Counted from the first letter of the whole stretch, positions 19,225 to 33,943 are shown. The stretch is DNA of 63,302 nt, filler included, from 7 parts of 7 records of this genome joined end to end with filler, not necessarily neighbours in it, one strand, 5' to 3'. Program-made: numbers and translations. The notes: generated from the letters alone by a model not told the origin.

Positions 19225-20058
19225 ATGAAAATTCAAACCTCCTCTAAGCAACTTATTTTAGACCGTCCCCATGTCATGGGAATCTTAAACACGACTCCGG
19301 ATTCATTCTCTGATGGTGGTAGTTACACCACATTGGAAAATATCGTCACTCGAGCTAAGCAAATGATCGAAGCCGGAGTCAGCATTATTGATATCGGTGG
19401 AGAGTCCACACGACCAGGCGCGCCGGAAGTCTCACTAGAAGAAGAGCTGCAACGAGTCATCCCTGCCATAAAAGCGATTCGAGAGTTTAATCAGGATGTT
19501 TGGATTTCTGTTGACACGAGCAAAGCCGAAGTTATGCGAAAATCCGTCGCAGCGGGTGCCGATTTGATTAATGATGTGCGTTCTTTAACAGAGCCTGGTG
19601 CATTAGAAGTCGCGGCTCAAGCCAATGTGCCTGTTTGTATTATGCATATGAAAGGGCAGCCAAAAACGATGCAAAACAATCCTGAATACGATGACGTTCA
19701 GGGCGAAGTTGAAGCATTTCTGCTGGAAAAGCTCGAAGCTTGTGAAAGCGCGGGTATTCGTCGTGAGAATGTTATCCTCGATCCCGGTTTTGGTTTTGGT
19801 AAATCCATCGAACATAACTATCATTTACTCGCCAACTTAGACAAGCTTCATCGCTTTGGTTTACCTATATTGGCTGGAATGTCGCGTAAGTCGATGATAT
19901 TTAAACTGCTTGATAAAAAACCAGCCGATTGTATGGTTGCCAGTGTGACTTGTGCGACGATTGCTGCCATGAAGGGGGCGCAAATTATTCGTGTTCATGA
20001 TGTTGAAGAGACACTAGAAGCAATGAAAATCATTGATACAATGAGCGCCAATTTTTAG
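19225..20058 (+). CDS. folP: Dihydropteroate synthase
   Basis: GILNTTPDSFSDGG, GGESTRPG, DPGFGF, SRKS, RVHDV. Confidence 0.97.
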   Translation: MKIQTSSKQLILDRPHVMGILNTTPDSFSDGGSYTTLENIVTRAKQMIEAGVSIIDIGGESTRPGAPEVSLEEELQRVIPAIKAIREFNQDVWISVDTSKAEVMRKSVAAGADLINDVRSLTEPGALEVAAQANVPVCIMHMKGQPKTMQNNPEYDDVQGEVEAFLLEKLEACESAGIRRENVILDPGFGFGKSIEHNYHLLANLDKLHRFGLPILAGMSRKSMIFKLLDKKPADCMVASVTCATIAAMKGAQIIRVHDVEETLEAMKIIDTMSANF

Positions 20059-20116
20059 AACTGTTGACGATGAACGATAACAGCGACAAACAATAAGAAT
20101 AATTTAAGGAAATATT

Positions 20117-21457
20117 ATGTCTGATGAAAGACGTTATTTTGGTACAGACGGCGTACGTGGCAAGGTAGGTCAATATCCTATTACTCCAGATTTTGTACTT
20201 AAGCTAGGTTGGGCTGCTGGTCGTGTTCTGGCTAAACAGGGCACAAAACAGGTTATCATTGGTAAAGATACTCGTATCTCTGGTTACATGCTGGAGTCTG
20301 CTCTTGAAGCGGGTTTGGCGGCCGCTGGCTTAAAAGCTGTATTAACCGGCCCTATGCCAACACCTGCTGTGGCTTACTTAACCCAAACATTTCGTGCTGA
20401 AGCGGGTATTGTTATTTCTGCGTCTCATAACCCATATTATGACAATGGCATTAAGTTCTTTTCTTCAGAAGGGACAAAACTTCCTGATGAGGTAGAACTG
20501 GCTATTGAAGCTGAACTTGATAAAGAGATCTCCTGCGTAGAATCGGCACTGCTTGGTAAAGCTTCACGTTTAGTGGACGCAGCTGGCCGTTACATTGAAT
20601 TTTGTAAAAGTACCTTCCCAACTAAATTAAGCCTTGAAGGGCTAAAAATTGTTGTTGATTGTGCTCACGGCGCAACGTATCACATTGCCCCTAACGTATT
20701 TAAAGAGTTAGGCGCAGAAGTGATTGCAATGGGGATTGAACCAAACGGTACCAACATCAACGATAAAGTCGGTGCAACCGATGTTGCTGCACTTCAGCAA
20801 CGCGTGGTGGAAGAGCAAGCACACCTAGGCCTTGCCTTTGATGGTGATGGCGACCGTTTAATCATGGTTGATGAATTGGGTAATAAGGTTGATGGTGACC
20901 AAATCGCTTACATCATCGCTCGTGATGCGCTGCGCCGTGGCGAGTTGAAAGGTGGGGTAGTTGGCACATTGATGACTAACCTTGGTATGGAAAATGGCTT
21001 GAAACAGCTAGGTATTCCTTTTGTTCGTGCCGCTGTTGGTGACCGTTATGTGATGGAACAGTTGCTAGAAAAAGGTTGGAAAATCGGCGCTGAGAACTCT
21101 GGCCATATTATCTTGCTGGATAAAGTCACCACCGGTGATGCGATTGTAGCAGCACTACAAGTACTGGCATCAGTTGTTGGCAGTGGTATGACGTTGGGTG
21201 AACTATCACAAGGTATGACTCTCTACCCGCAAGTGCTAGAGAATGTCCGTTTTAGTGGCGATTCAAACCCGTTAGAAGCCGATGCTGTGATTGCTAGTGT
21301 TAAAGACGTAGAAAGCAAGCTTGGTGAAAAAGGGCGTGTGTTGCTACGTAAATCGGGTACTGAGCCTTTACTGCGCGTGATGGTCGAAGGTGAGGACGCG
21401 GAGCTGGTGAAATCATCGGCTTTGAAAATAGCAGAAGCGGTTAAAGCAAGCTGCTAA
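20117..21457 (+). CDS. glmM: Phosphoglucosamine mutase
   Basis: FGTDG, SASHNP, DGDGDR, RKSGTEP. Confidence 0.98.
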   Translation: MSDERRYFGTDGVRGKVGQYPITPDFVLKLGWAAGRVLAKQGTKQVIIGKDTRISGYMLESALEAGLAAAGLKAVLTGPMPTPAVAYLTQTFRAEAGIVISASHNPYYDNGIKFFSSEGTKLPDEVELAIEAELDKEISCVESALLGKASRLVDAAGRYIEFCKSTFPTKLSLEGLKIVVDCAHGATYHIAPNVFKELGAEVIAMGIEPNGTNINDKVGATDVAALQQRVVEEQAHLGLAFDGDGDRLIMVDELGNKVDGDQIAYIIARDALRRGELKGGVVGTLMTNLGMENGLKQLGIPFVRAAVGDRYVMEQLLEKGWKIGAENSGHIILLDKVTTGDAIVAALQVLASVVGSGMTLGELSQGMTLYPQVLENVRFSGDSNPLEADAVIASVKDVESKLGEKGRVLLRKSGTEPLLRVMVEGEDAELVKSSALKIAEAVKASC

Positions 21458-21728
21458 GTGTGTTTTTATCTGGCTCTGTTTATTTTAGATTGTTGAAAAT
21501 ACAGAGCCAAGATTAAACAAATATCACTTTGAGCCTTTTTTGCCTGTTTAATGTGCAAACGGGATGTTTTTAATAAATATCCCTTGTCAGTAATACTCGC
21601 ATCCGATAGTATTGCCTCCGCCTTCTGTTAGGAGGTCGCTAGCCTTGTTCTTGTCACCTTGTTTTTTCAAACAACGCAAATGATTTGAACGGCGCTGGCT
21701 CAACAATTTGGAACATAGGTGGAAAGCA

Positions 21729-22067
21729 ATGTTTACAGTTCTACTTGTGATTTACCTGTTGGCAGCGGTTGGTATCATTGGCCTAGTGTTGATCCAGCAA
21801 GGTAAAGGCGCAGATATGGGAGCCTCATTCGGTGCTGGTGCTTCAAACACAGTGTTTGGCGCGAGCGGCTCAGGAAACGTCCTAACTCGAATGACTGCAA
21901 TTTTTGCAACGATATTCTTTATTTTCAGTCTTGTGCTAGGCAACATGTCTACACACAAAACAGAATCTCAATGGGTTGACCCATCAAAAGGTCAAGTAGT
22001 TGAGCAAACGACTGAAAGTACATTGAGCGAAGCTCCAGCCTCAACAGGCGACGAAATTCCTCAATAA
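21729..22067 (+). CDS. secG: Preprotein translocase subunit SecG (start at ATG 21729)
   Basis: LIQQGKGADMGASFGAGAS motif; two TM helices. Confidence 0.96.
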   Translation: MFTVLLVIYLLAAVGIIGLVLIQQGKGADMGASFGAGASNTVFGASGSGNVLTRMTAIFATIFFIFSLVLGNMSTHKTESQWVDPSKGQVVEQTTESTLSEAPASTGDEIPQ

Positions 22068-22093
22068 TCTTACTGAAAAGTAAGAAAGGTTAT

Positions 22094-22176
22094 GCCGAGA
22101 TGGTGAAATTGGTAGACACACTAGCATGAGGTGCTAGCGCTTCGGTGTGAGGGTTCGAGTCCCTCTCTCGGCACCA
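22094..22176 (+). tRNA. tRNA-Leu (GAG)
   Basis: GCCGAGA/TCTCGGC acceptor stem, anticodon arm CTAGC-ATGAGGT-GCTAG, long variable arm, GGTTCGAGTCC, encoded CCA. Confidence 0.95.
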
Positions 22177-22187
22177 TGTTTACAAAC

Positions 22188-22215
22188 TTGTAAAACACCT
22201 TGTAGAGCGTATAAT
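22188..22215 (+). promoter_or_regulatory. Sigma70 promoter for the following tRNA
   Basis: TTGTAA-16 nt-TATAAT, 15 nt before the tRNA start. Confidence 0.7.
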
Positions 22216-22230
22216 TGCTCACAAGTCGGA

Positions 22231-22256
22231 CGCGGGGTGGAGCAGCTTGGTAGCTC
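22231..22256 (+). tRNA. Initiator tRNA-Met, 5' fragment cut by the contig end
   Basis: CGCGGGGTGGAGCAGCTTGGTAGCTC matches the 5' end of tRNA-fMet; the anticodon is not in view. Confidence 0.85.
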
Positions 22257-22356
22257 NNNNNNNNNNNNNNNNNNNNNNNNNNNNNNNNNNNNNNNNNNNN
22301 TTAATTAATTAANNNNNNNNNNNNNNNNNNNNNNNNNNNNNNNNNNNNNNNNNNNN
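22257..22356. other. Artificial contig spacer
   Basis: N-run with TTAATTAATTAA. Confidence 0.99.
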
Positions 22357-22513
22357 AAAATACTTGTGCGGCAAAAAGGGTATAAGAGTTTAGAAGAAGC
22401 GGAAAATAAACAAACCAGGCTTCACTGATCGGATCTTCAACGCTCGCCCTGTCCGGTCATGGGAACCATAAAGGAAAACTGTTGCGGATACTCCTTTGTC
22501 ACTGGGCTCGGTC

Positions 22514-23413
22514 TCAGATTTCATCATCTTCCGGGGTGTTGTTGGATTTGATGTAATTCAGGGCGGCGACGCTCCCCATGATAAGAAGGCTTCCTGCCCA
22601 GAAGCGCCAGGACACGGGATCGCAGAAAAAGAGGATGCCGATGACGGCGGCGAACACCACCTCGCTGGACATGAACACGGCCCCCTCAAACCCCTTGCAG
22701 TAGAAAAAACCCTGGTTCATCATTATCTGACCGATCACCGATGAGAGCACGATCCCGACGGTAATGGCCCATTCGGCGGCCGTTGCCGGCACAATGGGGT
22801 CCATGATGAATTTCGGTGTTGTTGCCAGGCCGCCCATGAGGCAGAAGTAGAGATAAATGACCTCGGGGCCGTTATTTTGCCGGAGAGACCGCACCAGGGT
22901 GACGGTGAGTCCGGCAAAGGCGCCGGCCACAACGGCCAAAACCTGGCCCGCCAGTCCCCCGGCCAGGTGGAAGTCAAACAGAACGGACACACCGATGATG
23001 ACAAGGCCGATGCAGCCCGCCTCAAACAGCCCGATGCGCTCCTTGTAGATCAAAAAGGCAAAAATGGCCGCAAAGGCGGGAAAGGCGTAGAAGATCACGA
23101 TGGCGGTGGAAAGGGGCAGCTGGCGCATGGCCATGATCCAGGCAAAATAGGCGATGGAGCCGGTGCAGCCCCGGACCATGAGCAGGGGAATCCGGTCTCC
23201 CTTGAACGGATTCCCCCTTGGCGCCAGCATGGACACCAGGACGATCATGCCCCCGGCGCACCGGATAAAGGTGATGTGCCACACGGTGTAATCGGGCGGC
23301 AACAGCTTCACCAGGACGTTCATGAGGGTGAAAAGCAGGGCCGCCGACAGCATGAAAACCGGACCAGCCGTGGCCGGATTAAAGGTACGCACCTCCCTGA
23401 TTTTCAACGCCAT
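22514..23413 (-). CDS. DMT/EamA-family transporter
   Basis: About 10 hydrophobic segments in two EamA-like halves. Confidence 0.88.
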   Translation of the reverse strand: MALKIREVRTFNPATAGPVFMLSAALLFTLMNVLVKLLPPDYTVWHITFIRCAGGMIVLVSMLAPRGNPFKGDRIPLLMVRGCTGSIAYFAWIMAMRQLPLSTAIVIFYAFPAFAAIFAFLIYKERIGLFEAGCIGLVIIGVSVLFDFHLAGGLAGQVLAVVAGAFAGLTVTLVRSLRQNNGPEVIYLYFCLMGGLATTPKFIMDPIVPATAAEWAITVGIVLSSVIGQIMMNQGFFYCKGFEGAVFMSSEVVFAAVIGILFFCDPVSWRFWAGSLLIMGSVAALNYIKSNNTPEDDEI

Positions 23414-23419
23414 TGTTTA

Positions 23420-26253
<2,834 letters not shown>

Positions 26254-26485
26254 CTATGATATCGTAGATCCACATGACATCCTCGATGCTGAGCCGGCCT
26301 GCCTTGGAGGGCGCCCGATCCGTACCGTCCTTTTTCTTGAGGACCCTGGGACCTATCTGGAGCTTTGGCTCTCCGTCACCGTACTGGTGAATGGATATAA
26401 TAAGTCCGGTCTCTTCACACTTCCACTCGTTTAGTTTTTTATCCTTCTCAGGATCGTAACCAGCCATGATACCTCCTTTACGTGT

Positions 26486-28561
26486 CTAAATCTGGGAAAA
26501 ATCCGCTATGTTTCTAAAAAGAGCTGCAACGGACGACAGCAGGGCAATCCGGTTGGTCCGGAGACCAAGATCATCCACCATTACCATTACATCGTCAAAA
26601 AATGTGTCCACATGGGGACGAAGGGTTGAGATCTCCTTCAGGGCGGCGCCATAGTCGCCGTCAGCGATGCAGGCGTCCACGCGGGTTGTCACTTCCTGGA
26701 CGGCAAGATGCAAGGCCTTTTCCGCGTCTGAGTTGAAGAGATTCTCGTTGACCCGGGTTTTCTCGTCCGCCTTGGCCTTCTTGAGTATGTTCACCACCCG
26801 CTTAAAGGCGGTTGACAGGGGCTCGAAATCAGGCGCCTGTCTCAGGGCGTCAAGGGCCTTGATCCGCAGCAGGGCGTCGGGCACGTTATAAAAGGATACG
26901 GAGAGGGCCGAATTGACCGCTTCCCTGGAATACCCCTGCTCCACCAGCATGTTGGTCATGCGGCTCTTGAGGAACTCGAGGATCTTGGTCGAGATCTCAT
27001 GCTTCTTGTCGGGATCCGGCTGGTACTTGGAGACCCCTTTGCGAACGAGGGCCCGCAGGGAGAAGCCAAGGTTGCCGTCCAGGATAATCTGGATGATGCC
27101 GATGGCCTGGCGGCGCAGGGCATAAGGATCGGAAGCGCCGGTGGGGATCAGGTCGGCGGAAAAGCATCCGCAGATGGTATCGATCTTGTCGGCAATAGCA
27201 AGAATGCGTCCCGTGGCGGTTTCGGGCAGCTCACCACCGGAATGAACCGGACGGTAGTGCTCCTCGATGGCCGTGGCCACTTCGTTATCTTCACCGCCCT
27301 TGCCCGCATAGACCCGGCCGATGATTCCCTGGAGTTTGGTGAACTCGATCACCACCTGGCTCACAAGGTCCGCCTTGGAGATCCGTGCGGCCCGTGTGAC
27401 CTTTTTCCTCAAGTCGTCATCGCCCTCCACGAGCTCGGTGAGAAGGTCGGCCAGGAACTCGAGGCGTTCGGTCTTTTCGTACATGGAACCGAGGCTTGCC
27501 TGGAAGGTGACCTTTTTCAGTTTTTCAACAAAATCGTCAAGGCTTGACTCAAGGTCCACATGGTAGAAGAACTGGGCATCGGCGAGCCGGGCCCGGATCA
27601 CCTTGCCATGGCCCTTGGCCACAACTTCCATGTCCTTTGCCTTGGTGTTGTTCACGGCGATGAAACAGGGTTTGAGATTACCGTCGGCATCGGTGAGAGC
27701 AAAATATTTCTGGTGCTCCCGCATGGCGGTGATGAGCACCTGATCCGGCAGTTCCAGGAACTCCTCGTCAAACTTGCCCACAACCGGATAGGGATATTCA
27801 ACCAGATTGTTCACGATATCCACGAGCTCCTCATCCTCGAGGATCACCGCTCCGGCCTCGTCTGCCGCAGCCTGGATCGTCTCCCGAAGCAGGGCCTTTC
27901 GCTCGTCCATGTCAACGATGACGCCCACGGACCGCAAGGTCTCCACGTAGTCTTCCGGGCATTTCAGGTCAACCTTGCCGGGGGCCATGAAGGAATGGCC
28001 GTACACCTGGGAACCGGAACGGATATCGCCCACGGTGAAATCAAGCACGGTCTCGCCCAGGAGGCCCACAAGTGAAAAGATGGGCCGGGCAAAGCTGATG
28101 GAGAGATCTCCCCAGTGCATGCTCTTGGGAAAGGGGATGTGCAGGATCAGGCCCGGCAGCACCCTTTCCAGGATGGTTGCCGAAGGCTCGCAGGTCTCCT
28201 CGACCACGGCGGTGAGGTACCGGCCCTTGTCGGTATCGACAACGGTGATCTCCTCCAGGGAGACCCCTGCCTTTTCGGCGAACTTCTGTGCCGGAACCGT
28301 GGGGTTGCCGTCCTTGTCAAAGGCGATGCGCTCGGGGGGGCCCGTGAGGGTAGTCTTCTGGGCGGCCTGCATCTCCGGGATATCCTCCACCATCAGGGCA
28401 AGGCGCCGGGGAGTGCCGTAAATGGTTGTCTTTCCATGGGCAATCCTGGCTCCCGTGAGAGCCGCTGCCAGTTCGTCCCTGAAAGCCGTCAATGCCGGGA
28501 CAATATATCCTGCGGGAATCTCTTCCGCGCCGATCTCGATCAGTAGATTATTCATTTTCAC
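26486..28561 (-). CDS. glyS: Glycine-tRNA ligase beta subunit
   Basis: LLIEIGAEEIP, TPRRL, HQKYF, SDPYALRR. Confidence 0.97.
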   Translation of the reverse strand: MKMNNLLIEIGAEEIPAGYIVPALTAFRDELAAALTGARIAHGKTTIYGTPRRLALMVEDIPEMQAAQKTTLTGPPERIAFDKDGNPTVPAQKFAEKAGVSLEEITVVDTDKGRYLTAVVEETCEPSATILERVLPGLILHIPFPKSMHWGDLSISFARPIFSLVGLLGETVLDFTVGDIRSGSQVYGHSFMAPGKVDLKCPEDYVETLRSVGVIVDMDERKALLRETIQAAADEAGAVILEDEELVDIVNNLVEYPYPVVGKFDEEFLELPDQVLITAMREHQKYFALTDADGNLKPCFIAVNNTKAKDMEVVAKGHGKVIRARLADAQFFYHVDLESSLDDFVEKLKKVTFQASLGSMYEKTERLEFLADLLTELVEGDDDLRKKVTRAARISKADLVSQVVIEFTKLQGIIGRVYAGKGGEDNEVATAIEEHYRPVHSGGELPETATGRILAIADKIDTICGCFSADLIPTGASDPYALRRQAIGIIQIILDGNLGFSLRALVRKGVSKYQPDPDKKHEISTKILEFLKSRMTNMLVEQGYSREAVNSALSVSFYNVPDALLRIKALDALRQAPDFEPLSTAFKRVVNILKKAKADEKTRVNENLFNSDAEKALHLAVQEVTTRVDACIADGDYGAALKEISTLRPHVDTFFDDVMVMVDDLGLRTNRIALLSSVAALFRNIADFSQI

Positions 28562-28568
28562 ACCTTTC

Positions 28569-29438
28569 TTATTTTTTTAACAGGGGATGGCCCAATTCTT
28601 CCCGCTGTGCCACATAGGCCTTGGAGCAGGCCCGGGCGATCTTTCTTATTCTTCCGATGTATCCGGTACGTTCCGTAACGCTGATGGCGCCCCTTGCATC
28701 CAGCAGGTTGAAGGTGTGGGAACATTTGAGGCCGAACTCATAGGCCGGAAGAACAAGGCCCTTTTCGATGATCCGGAGGGCTTCGGACTCGTATTTATTG
28801 AAAAAGTCGAAGAGCATGTCCGTGTCCGCGACCTCAAAGTTGTAGGTGGACTGCTCCACCTCCTGCTGATGGTAGACGTCGCCGTAGGTGATCTCGTCGT
28901 TCCATTTGAGGTCATAGACACTGTCCACACCCTGGAGATACATGCAAAGACGCTCGAGACCGTAGGTGATTTCCACGGAAACGGGCTTGAGCTCGATGCT
29001 GCCCGCCATCTGGAAATAGGTGAACTGGGTCACCTCCATGCCGTCCAGCCACACCTCCCAGCCAAGGCCGGATGCGCCAAGGGTGGGGGACTCCCAGTCA
29101 TCTTCCACAAAGCGGATGTCGTGCTCCAGGGGATCGATGCCAAGCTTTTTCAAGCTCTCGATATAGAGGTCCTGAACATTGGAAGGAGAGGGTTTCAGGA
29201 TCACCTGGTACTGGTAGTAGTGCTGGAGCCGGTTGGGGTTCTCACCGTAGCGACCGTCGGTGGGCCGCCTGGAGGGCTGGGCATAGGCCACCTTCCAGGG
29301 CTCCGGTCCCAGGGCCTTTAACAGGGTGGTGGGATGAAAGGTTCCGGCACCGACCTCGGTATCGTAGGATTGGATGAGAACGCATCCCTTTTCCGCCCAG
29401 AAGTTCTGCAAAGTCAAAATAACGTCTTGAAAGTTCAT
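28569..29438 (-). CDS. glyQ: Glycine-tRNA ligase alpha subunit
   Basis: [35 protein letters not shown]. Confidence 0.98.
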   Translation of the reverse strand: MNFQDVILTLQNFWAEKGCVLIQSYDTEVGAGTFHPTTLLKALGPEPWKVAYAQPSRRPTDGRYGENPNRLQHYYQYQVILKPSPSNVQDLYIESLKKLGIDPLEHDIRFVEDDWESPTLGASGLGWEVWLDGMEVTQFTYFQMAGSIELKPVSVEITYGLERLCMYLQGVDSVYDLKWNDEITYGDVYHQQEVEQSTYNFEVADTDMLFDFFNKYESEALRIIEKGLVLPAYEFGLKCSHTFNLLDARGAISVTERTGYIGRIRKIARACSKAYVAQREELGHPLLKK

Positions 29439-29452
29439 GTTTTTCTCTCGCT

Positions 29453-30205
29453 TTATTTTATTATAATCCCGTTGGGATCAATCCTTGTTTTCAAAAGGTC
29501 TGCCTGGGGATCCCGGCCGACAATGGCAAGCCAGTCAGCCTCGAGCCCTGCCAGGACTTCGGCCCCGCCCACGGCCCAGATGCATCCGCCACCCCCGGCC
29601 CCGGTGAATCTTGCTCCGCATCCCCGGGCTTCGGCCCGCTCAAACAACTTTAAACCGGTTTTGTCCAGCACGTCCGGGGTCATGGCCAGCCGAAGCCGGG
29701 TTTCCCGGTTCATCAGCTCCCCGGCAAGGGTAAAATCCCTTGCCACAAGGGCTGCTGCAAACTGCTCGGTCAACGAGGCGATCTCAAGCCAGGTGGCCCG
29801 GTTGCTCCCGGACAGGAACTGATCCACCCACCGCTGGTTGATATCCTTTGACTCGTGGGGATTGCCGCAATAGGCCACCAGCAGGTGGCGGTCCAGCTCC
29901 CGGATTCCCTCGCCGTTATCGGCCAGGGGCTTTTTGACAAAGGAAGGGCCGGTGTCCGTCAGCTTCCAGTACCACTGGTTCACCCCGCCGTAGGCTGCGG
30001 CCAGCTGGTCCTGGAGACCGCAGGGAACGCCCGCCACACTGGATTCCAGGAAATGGGCGGCCATGGCGACGGCCCCCGGTTCAATGGGTTTGCCAAGGGC
30101 TGCGTGGAAGGCCGCGATAATGGCCACGGCAGCGGCGGAAGAACCGCCCAGGGCACTCCTCGGGGGTGAGGTGGACTCAATTTCAATGTGAACGCCATGG
30201 GCATT
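29453..30205 (-). CDS. GHMP-family kinase (HddA/galactokinase-like), 5'-truncated by the contig end
   Basis: Frame extends upstream of the listed ORF through [14 protein letters not shown]; also CGLQDQ and GAGGGG. Confidence 0.85.
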   Translation of the reverse strand, partial: NAHGVHIEIESTSPPRSALGGSSAAAVAIIAAFHAALGKPIEPGAVAMAAHFLESSVAGVPCGLQDQLAAAYGGVNQWYWKLTDTGPSFVKKPLADNGEGIRELDRHLLVAYCGNPHESKDINQRWVDQFLSGSNRATWLEIASLTEQFAAALVARDFTLAGELMNRETRLRLAMTPDVLDKTGLKLFERAEARGCGARFTGAGGGGCIWAVGGAEVLAGLEADWLAIVGRDPQADLLKTRIDPNGIIIK

Positions 30206-30305
30206 NNNNNNNNNNNNNNNNNNNNNNNNNNNNNNNNNNNNNNNNNNNNTTAATTAATTAANNNNNNNNNNNNNNNNNNNNNNNNNNNNNNNNNNNNNNN
30301 NNNNN
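30206..30305. other. Artificial contig spacer
   Basis: N-run with TTAATTAATTAA. Confidence 0.99.
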
Positions 30306-30815
30306 GTAGCGGGCGAACTTGTGCCAGCAGATCTGTACCGGACCGCATATCAAATTGGGTTTGTCCGTTGCCTTGTTCCGGGCATCCATCTTTTTCCGCC
30401 ACCGCCATTTCATGGCCATGCCACCCAACATGGCCGCTTCGCTGGAACCGGTGGTGGAACACCCCATGGTATTGGCGGCATCGGGCGAATTCCATAAATC
30501 CGCCAACATATGCACGCAGCGCGCTTCGATCTCGGCGGTCTGGGGATATTCGTCTTTATCGATCATGTTCTTGTCGATACATTCGTCCATGAGTTGATAG
30601 ACCTCCGGCTCTATCCAGGTAGAACAGAAGGTCGCCAGGTTCTGACGGGAATTGCCATCCAGCATCAACTCATCATGCACCACCTGATAGACATGGCGAG
30701 GGTTGCGCTCGTCTTCGGGGAATCTGTATTTCGGCATTCTCACCGAAAGATCCGTCGATGCATATACATCGTCCAGCACATTCGCTCTTACCGTATCTTT
30801 TTCATGTAGCGTCAT
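30306..30815 (-). CDS. gadB: Glutamate decarboxylase, 5' part (3' cut by the contig end)
   Basis: [39 protein letters not shown]. Confidence 0.93.
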
Positions 30816-31621
30816 CAGTTTTTCTCCTTACCGATACAATGAAGCACATGGGCATAGTGGTTGGTGGGGCCGTACCCTGCCCCAAAGTCCAGCGCCAGGG
30901 CGATGGCCCTGTTAATGAACTGCTTCGCCTTTCCCACCGCCTCGGGCACCGTGCATCCCTGGGCCAACAGAGTGGCCAGGGCAGCCGAGAAGGTGCACCC
31001 GGTTCCGTGGGTATTCCGGTTGCCGAGGCGGGGGGACGTGAAGGTCTGAAATCCTTCTCCGTCAAAGAGCAGATCCACGGCATCCCCCTTCAGGTGTCCT
31101 CCTTTGACCAGCACGTAGGGCGTGCCGAGCCGGTGGATCTCCCTGGCGGCCGCCTCCATGGCCGCCAGATTTTCCACGGGAAATCCGCACAGATCCGAAG
31201 CCTCAGGGAGATTGGGGGTGACCACATGGGCCAAAGGCAAAAGCACCTCTTTTACAGTGGCCCTTGCCTCCCGGGACAAGAGAACATCCCCCCCTTTGGC
31301 CACCATGACCGGATCCACCACCAAACCCTTCACCTTGTACTTTTTCAACTGTTCGGCCACCCCCATCACGATCTCCGTAGTGGCAAGCATCCCCGTCTTG
31401 GCCCCGTCGGCCCCGTAGTCCGACAACACCGACGCCATCTGCTCCCGGATGAAATCCACGGGCACCGGATGCACCCCCTGAACCCCGAGGGTGTTCTGGG
31501 CCGTCAGGGCCGTGATAGCACTCATGCCGTAGCCCCCCAGGACGGTGATGGTCTTCAAATCGGCCTGTATCCCCGCCCCGCCCCCGGAATCGGAACCGGC
31601 GATGGTCAAGATCCGCTTCAT
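30815..31621 (-). CDS. thiD: Hydroxymethylpyrimidine/phosphomethylpyrimidine kinase
   Basis: [34 protein letters not shown]. Confidence 0.96.
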   Translation of the reverse strand: MKRILTIAGSDSGGGAGIQADLKTITVLGGYGMSAITALTAQNTLGVQGVHPVPVDFIREQMASVLSDYGADGAKTGMLATTEIVMGVAEQLKKYKVKGLVVDPVMVAKGGDVLLSREARATVKEVLLPLAHVVTPNLPEASDLCGFPVENLAAMEAAAREIHRLGTPYVLVKGGHLKGDAVDLLFDGEGFQTFTSPRLGNRNTHGTGCTFSAALATLLAQGCTVPEAVGKAKQFINRAIALALDFGAGYGPTNHYAHVLHCIGKEKN

Positions 31622-31692
31622 TCCCTACCTCCATGCTCATCTCTGCAAATTCCAATATCATTGGTCAGCCTTAAACTTTGAACCCCACAAGG

Positions 31693-32400
31693 CTACCGCC
31701 ATAATTCCCTTCCCCATACCCCATATACCACAAGGAGCCCCAAAGCAACCCCCATTCCCCCGTATTCCAACAAAGAGATCCGATACCCCTTGCGAAGGGT
31801 CCGTTCCCTTCGCGCAAATCCCCTGGATTCCATGGCCATGGCCAACTGCTCCGCCAGGACGAATGACTGCACCAGAAGCGGCATGAGCAGGGCCACGAAA
31901 TGGGGCACATTTCGAAGCCTGGGTCGAAGATCGATCCCCCTGGAACGCTGTGCATCCACAATACGGCGGATCCTTGTCCCCATGAAGGGAACGTACCGAA
32001 GCGAGGTGGTGAGAATAAAGCAGAATTCATAGGGAACGCCCATCTGTCTCATGCTCTGGCCCAGGTCCTCGGGATCCATGCCGTGAAAGAAGAGAAAGGA
32101 GAGGGTGAGGAGATTAAGCAACCGCAGGGAAAGCATGATGGCCGTATCCGCATCAAAGGAGATGATGGAAATGACGAAAACCAGGCCCACCAGGGGCAGC
32201 AGCATTTTGAGGGCACGAATCCACGGACCCGCAATTCGGAACACAAGGAGGCCCGCGCACAGGAATCCCAGGGCCGCGGCAAGGGGCAAGGTCCGGCCGG
32301 TCATGAGAATGGCGGCAATCCCCATGGCCCCCAGGGCCAGTTTTGTCCTTGGATCCAGCTTTTTTCCGGACGTCCTGGAATGCGGCTGATTAATGCTCAC
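31693..32400 (-). CDS. ecfT: ECF transporter T component (start probably GTG 32400)
   Basis: LDPRTKL, AQRSRG and AMESRGF motifs. Confidence 0.88.
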   Translation of the reverse strand: MSINQPHSRTSGKKLDPRTKLALGAMGIAAILMTGRTLPLAAALGFLCAGLLVFRIAGPWIRALKMLLPLVGLVFVISIISFDADTAIMLSLRLLNLLTLSFLFFHGMDPEDLGQSMRQMGVPYEFCFILTTSLRYVPFMGTRIRRIVDAQRSRGIDLRPRLRNVPHFVALLMPLLVQSFVLAEQLAMAMESRGFARRERTLRKGYRISLLEYGGMGVALGLLVVYGVWGRELWR

Positions 32401-33943
32401 GGTCCCCGGAACCTCCCGTACCGATCCACCCTGCCATCGTTCCAACGGAACCAAGGGGGCCAATGGGATGGAGGGCCCCCATGCGGATGAGGGATTCATC
32501 TTGCGCCAGTTCCCGGGGCATACCCATGCCCACCACCCGACCCCCATGCACCACCACCCATCGGTCGGCCGTGGCATGGGCGAATTCCAGATCGTGGGTC
32601 ACCACCACAATGGTCACCCCTTTTTCCCTGAGGGAGAGGAGGAGTTCGGAGAGGGCCTCCAGAAACCGGCCGTCCTGCCCCACCGTGGGTTCATCCAAAA
32701 CCAGCAGCCTGGGACCCATGGCCAGGATGGAGGCCACGGAGACCCGTTTCTTCTGCCCCTCACTGAGACGGTAGGGGGACCGGTCCAGTAGTTCGTGAAG
32801 GTGAAAAAGGGTACACAGTTCCCCGAACCGCTCCTCGCAACCCTCCGGGGACAACTTCAAACCGACCCTTATTTCATCCGCCACCTTTGTTTTAAAAAAT
32901 TGATCGTTGGGATTCTGAAAGGATATGCCGATCCGGCCGGCCATGCCCGACGGCCCGGCCCTTCGGGTTTTTTTCCCCATAAAGACCACATCTCCGCCCC
33001 GGGGTCGAAGGAGGCCGTTGAAATGCCGGATCAGGGTGGTCTTCCCCGATCCGTTGGGCCCCACCACCGCAAGGATCTCGCCGACCCTCACCTGAAGGGA
33101 CACATCATGAAGAATGGATTGCTGGTTTATTTCATAATGGATGTTTCGCAGCCGGAGCAAGGGTTCCGCTTCCGGGTCCGCCGGTTTGCGTGCCGGTTCG
33201 GGCGCGGGCCTGGCGGGATAACGGGGCAACAGATGCCGGTCCCGGAGCACGGGGGCCGCGGCCCTTGGGGAGCCGTCAAACAGAATCCTGCCCTGATCCA
33301 TGACCACACAACGGGTGGCATCGGTACGCACGGCCTCCACCCGCTGCTCAATGACCAGTACGGTGGTGCCCTGCCGGTGAAGACGGCGAAGAATCCGCCG
33401 GACCCGCTCGGCCCCTTGCCAGTCCAGGTGGGCCAGGGGTTCGTCCAGGACCAGGACCGGGGGCGCCAGACAGAGGACCGATGCAATGGCCACCAGCCGT
33501 TTCTCCCCTCCTGAAAGGGCCTCGGGAGAACGATCCAGCAGGTGCCCGATCCCCACAGCCGCCGCGGTTCGCCGGATCTCGCGTTCGATCTCCGATGCCT
33601 TCCGTCCCAGGCTTTCAAGACCAAAGGCGATCTCGTTTTTCACGGTGCTGTTGAATAGCTGAGCGTCGGTGTTCTGAAACACCAGGCCCACCGTTGAAAA
33701 CAGGTCCTCCACGGTGAGATTCACCGTGTCCCGTCCCAGGATGGTGACCGGACCCTCCAGTATCCCGCCGAAAAAATGGGGGATGAGGCCGTTTAGGAGG
33801 TATCCCAGGGTCGATTTTCCGGACCCGCTCCCGCCACAGAGAAGCAGGTACTCCCCTTTGGCCACGGTGAGATCAATCCCCTGAAGCACCTTGACCCCGT
33901 TTCTGTCCGGATATTGGTAGCGGATGTTGGAGAGGCGGATCAC
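32390..33943 (-). CDS. ECF transporter duplicated ATPase (start reassigned to GTG 33943)
   Basis: Two ABC domains (GGSGSGKS/LSGGE/LDEP and GPNGSGKT/LSEGQ/LDEP); GTGA overlap with the thiW stop. Confidence 0.9.
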   Translation of the reverse strand: MIRLSNIRYQYPDRNGVKVLQGIDLTVAKGEYLLLCGGSGSGKSTLGYLLNGLIPHFFGGILEGPVTILGRDTVNLTVEDLFSTVGLVFQNTDAQLFNSTVKNEIAFGLESLGRKASEIEREIRRTAAAVGIGHLLDRSPEALSGGEKRLVAIASVLCLAPPVLVLDEPLAHLDWQGAERVRRILRRLHRQGTTVLVIEQRVEAVRTDATRCVVMDQGRILFDGSPRAAAPVLRDRHLLPRYPARPAPEPARKPADPEAEPLLRLRNIHYEINQQSILHDVSLQVRVGEILAVVGPNGSGKTTLIRHFNGLLRPRGGDVVFMGKKTRRAGPSGMAGRIGISFQNPNDQFFKTKVADEIRVGLKLSPEGCEERFGELCTLFHLHELLDRSPYRLSEGQKKRVSVASILAMGPRLLVLDEPTVGQDGRFLEALSELLLSLREKGVTIVVVTHDLEFAHATADRWVVVHGGRVVGMGMPRELAQDESLIRMGALHPIGPLGSVGTMAGWIGTGGSGDREH